Source: Azolla caroliniana (Eukaryota > Plantae > Polypodiophyta). From it: a stretch of 64,000 nucleotides of DNA. Location: assembly GCA_043228905.1 (NCBI GenBank), contig JBHGNT010000011.1:3782001-3846000 (forward strand), given 5' to 3'. The notes beneath the pieces were generated by a model. The model saw nothing but the letters and a program-made list of their open reading frames with translations. It was not told where the DNA came from and did not search any database. How positions within the stretch are numbered: the first letter of the stretch is position 1; the number at the start of each line of letters is the position of its first letter. A program made the position numbers and the translations under genes. Positions 63,798 to 64,000 of this stretch are shown piece after piece.

Positions 63798-64000
63798 CGG
63801 TATTCATAAGAAGTACTAACTATTAATATATTAATTTTTGATTAATATTTTCCACATCTTCTACAAGGGTCTTCTCCCAAATGGGAAAGATGTTGCACTG
63901 AACAAGCTAGTGTTGTCTTCTGCTCTCTGCTATTTTTCTGTTCGAAAACAATTAGGTACTAGGCACTGCTCTACATGTATATTGTTATTCATCTATTTAT

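Larger units (their letters stand above)
58518..63856 (-). mobile_element. Full-boundary Ty1/Copia LTR retrotransposon, internally degraded, TSD TCTTC
   Basis: LTRs at 58518-58810 and 62723-63856 (TGTTGGG...TTCCACA); PBS GCTCTGATACCA at 62711-62722; PPT CTCCCCCT at 58811; TSD at 58513-58517 and 63857-63861. Confidence 0.95.

Overview
Eukaryotic land-plant genomic DNA with spliced GT-AG genes; a fern origin is my inference from gene and repeat style. Host genes: a SUVR5-like C2H2/pre-SET/SET histone methyltransferase (-), an ING1-like PHD-finger gene (-), an intronless plastid GNAT acetyltransferase of the SNAT2/GNAT1 type (+), and a MORC GHKL ATPase (-) whose introns carry many LINE remnants. 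A decayed PPR-like pseudogene probably lies between SUVR5 and ING1. The rest is nested transposons: Gypsy and Copia fragments, solo LTRs, a tandemly duplicated MULE-like fragment and a TSD-flanked Copia element. The main highlight is a complete 5.9-kb hAT element (TIRs plus a perfect 8-bp TSD). It encodes a spliced 669-aa transposase whose second catalytic Asp appears to be Tyr, and it carries, divergently, captured intron-containing 3' exons of a DDX11/ChlR1 helicase. Also notable are two solo-LTR-like inserts at AAACCGT targets that share a tRNA-like Pol III A/B-box cassette, and coding minisatellite expansions inside SUVR5.
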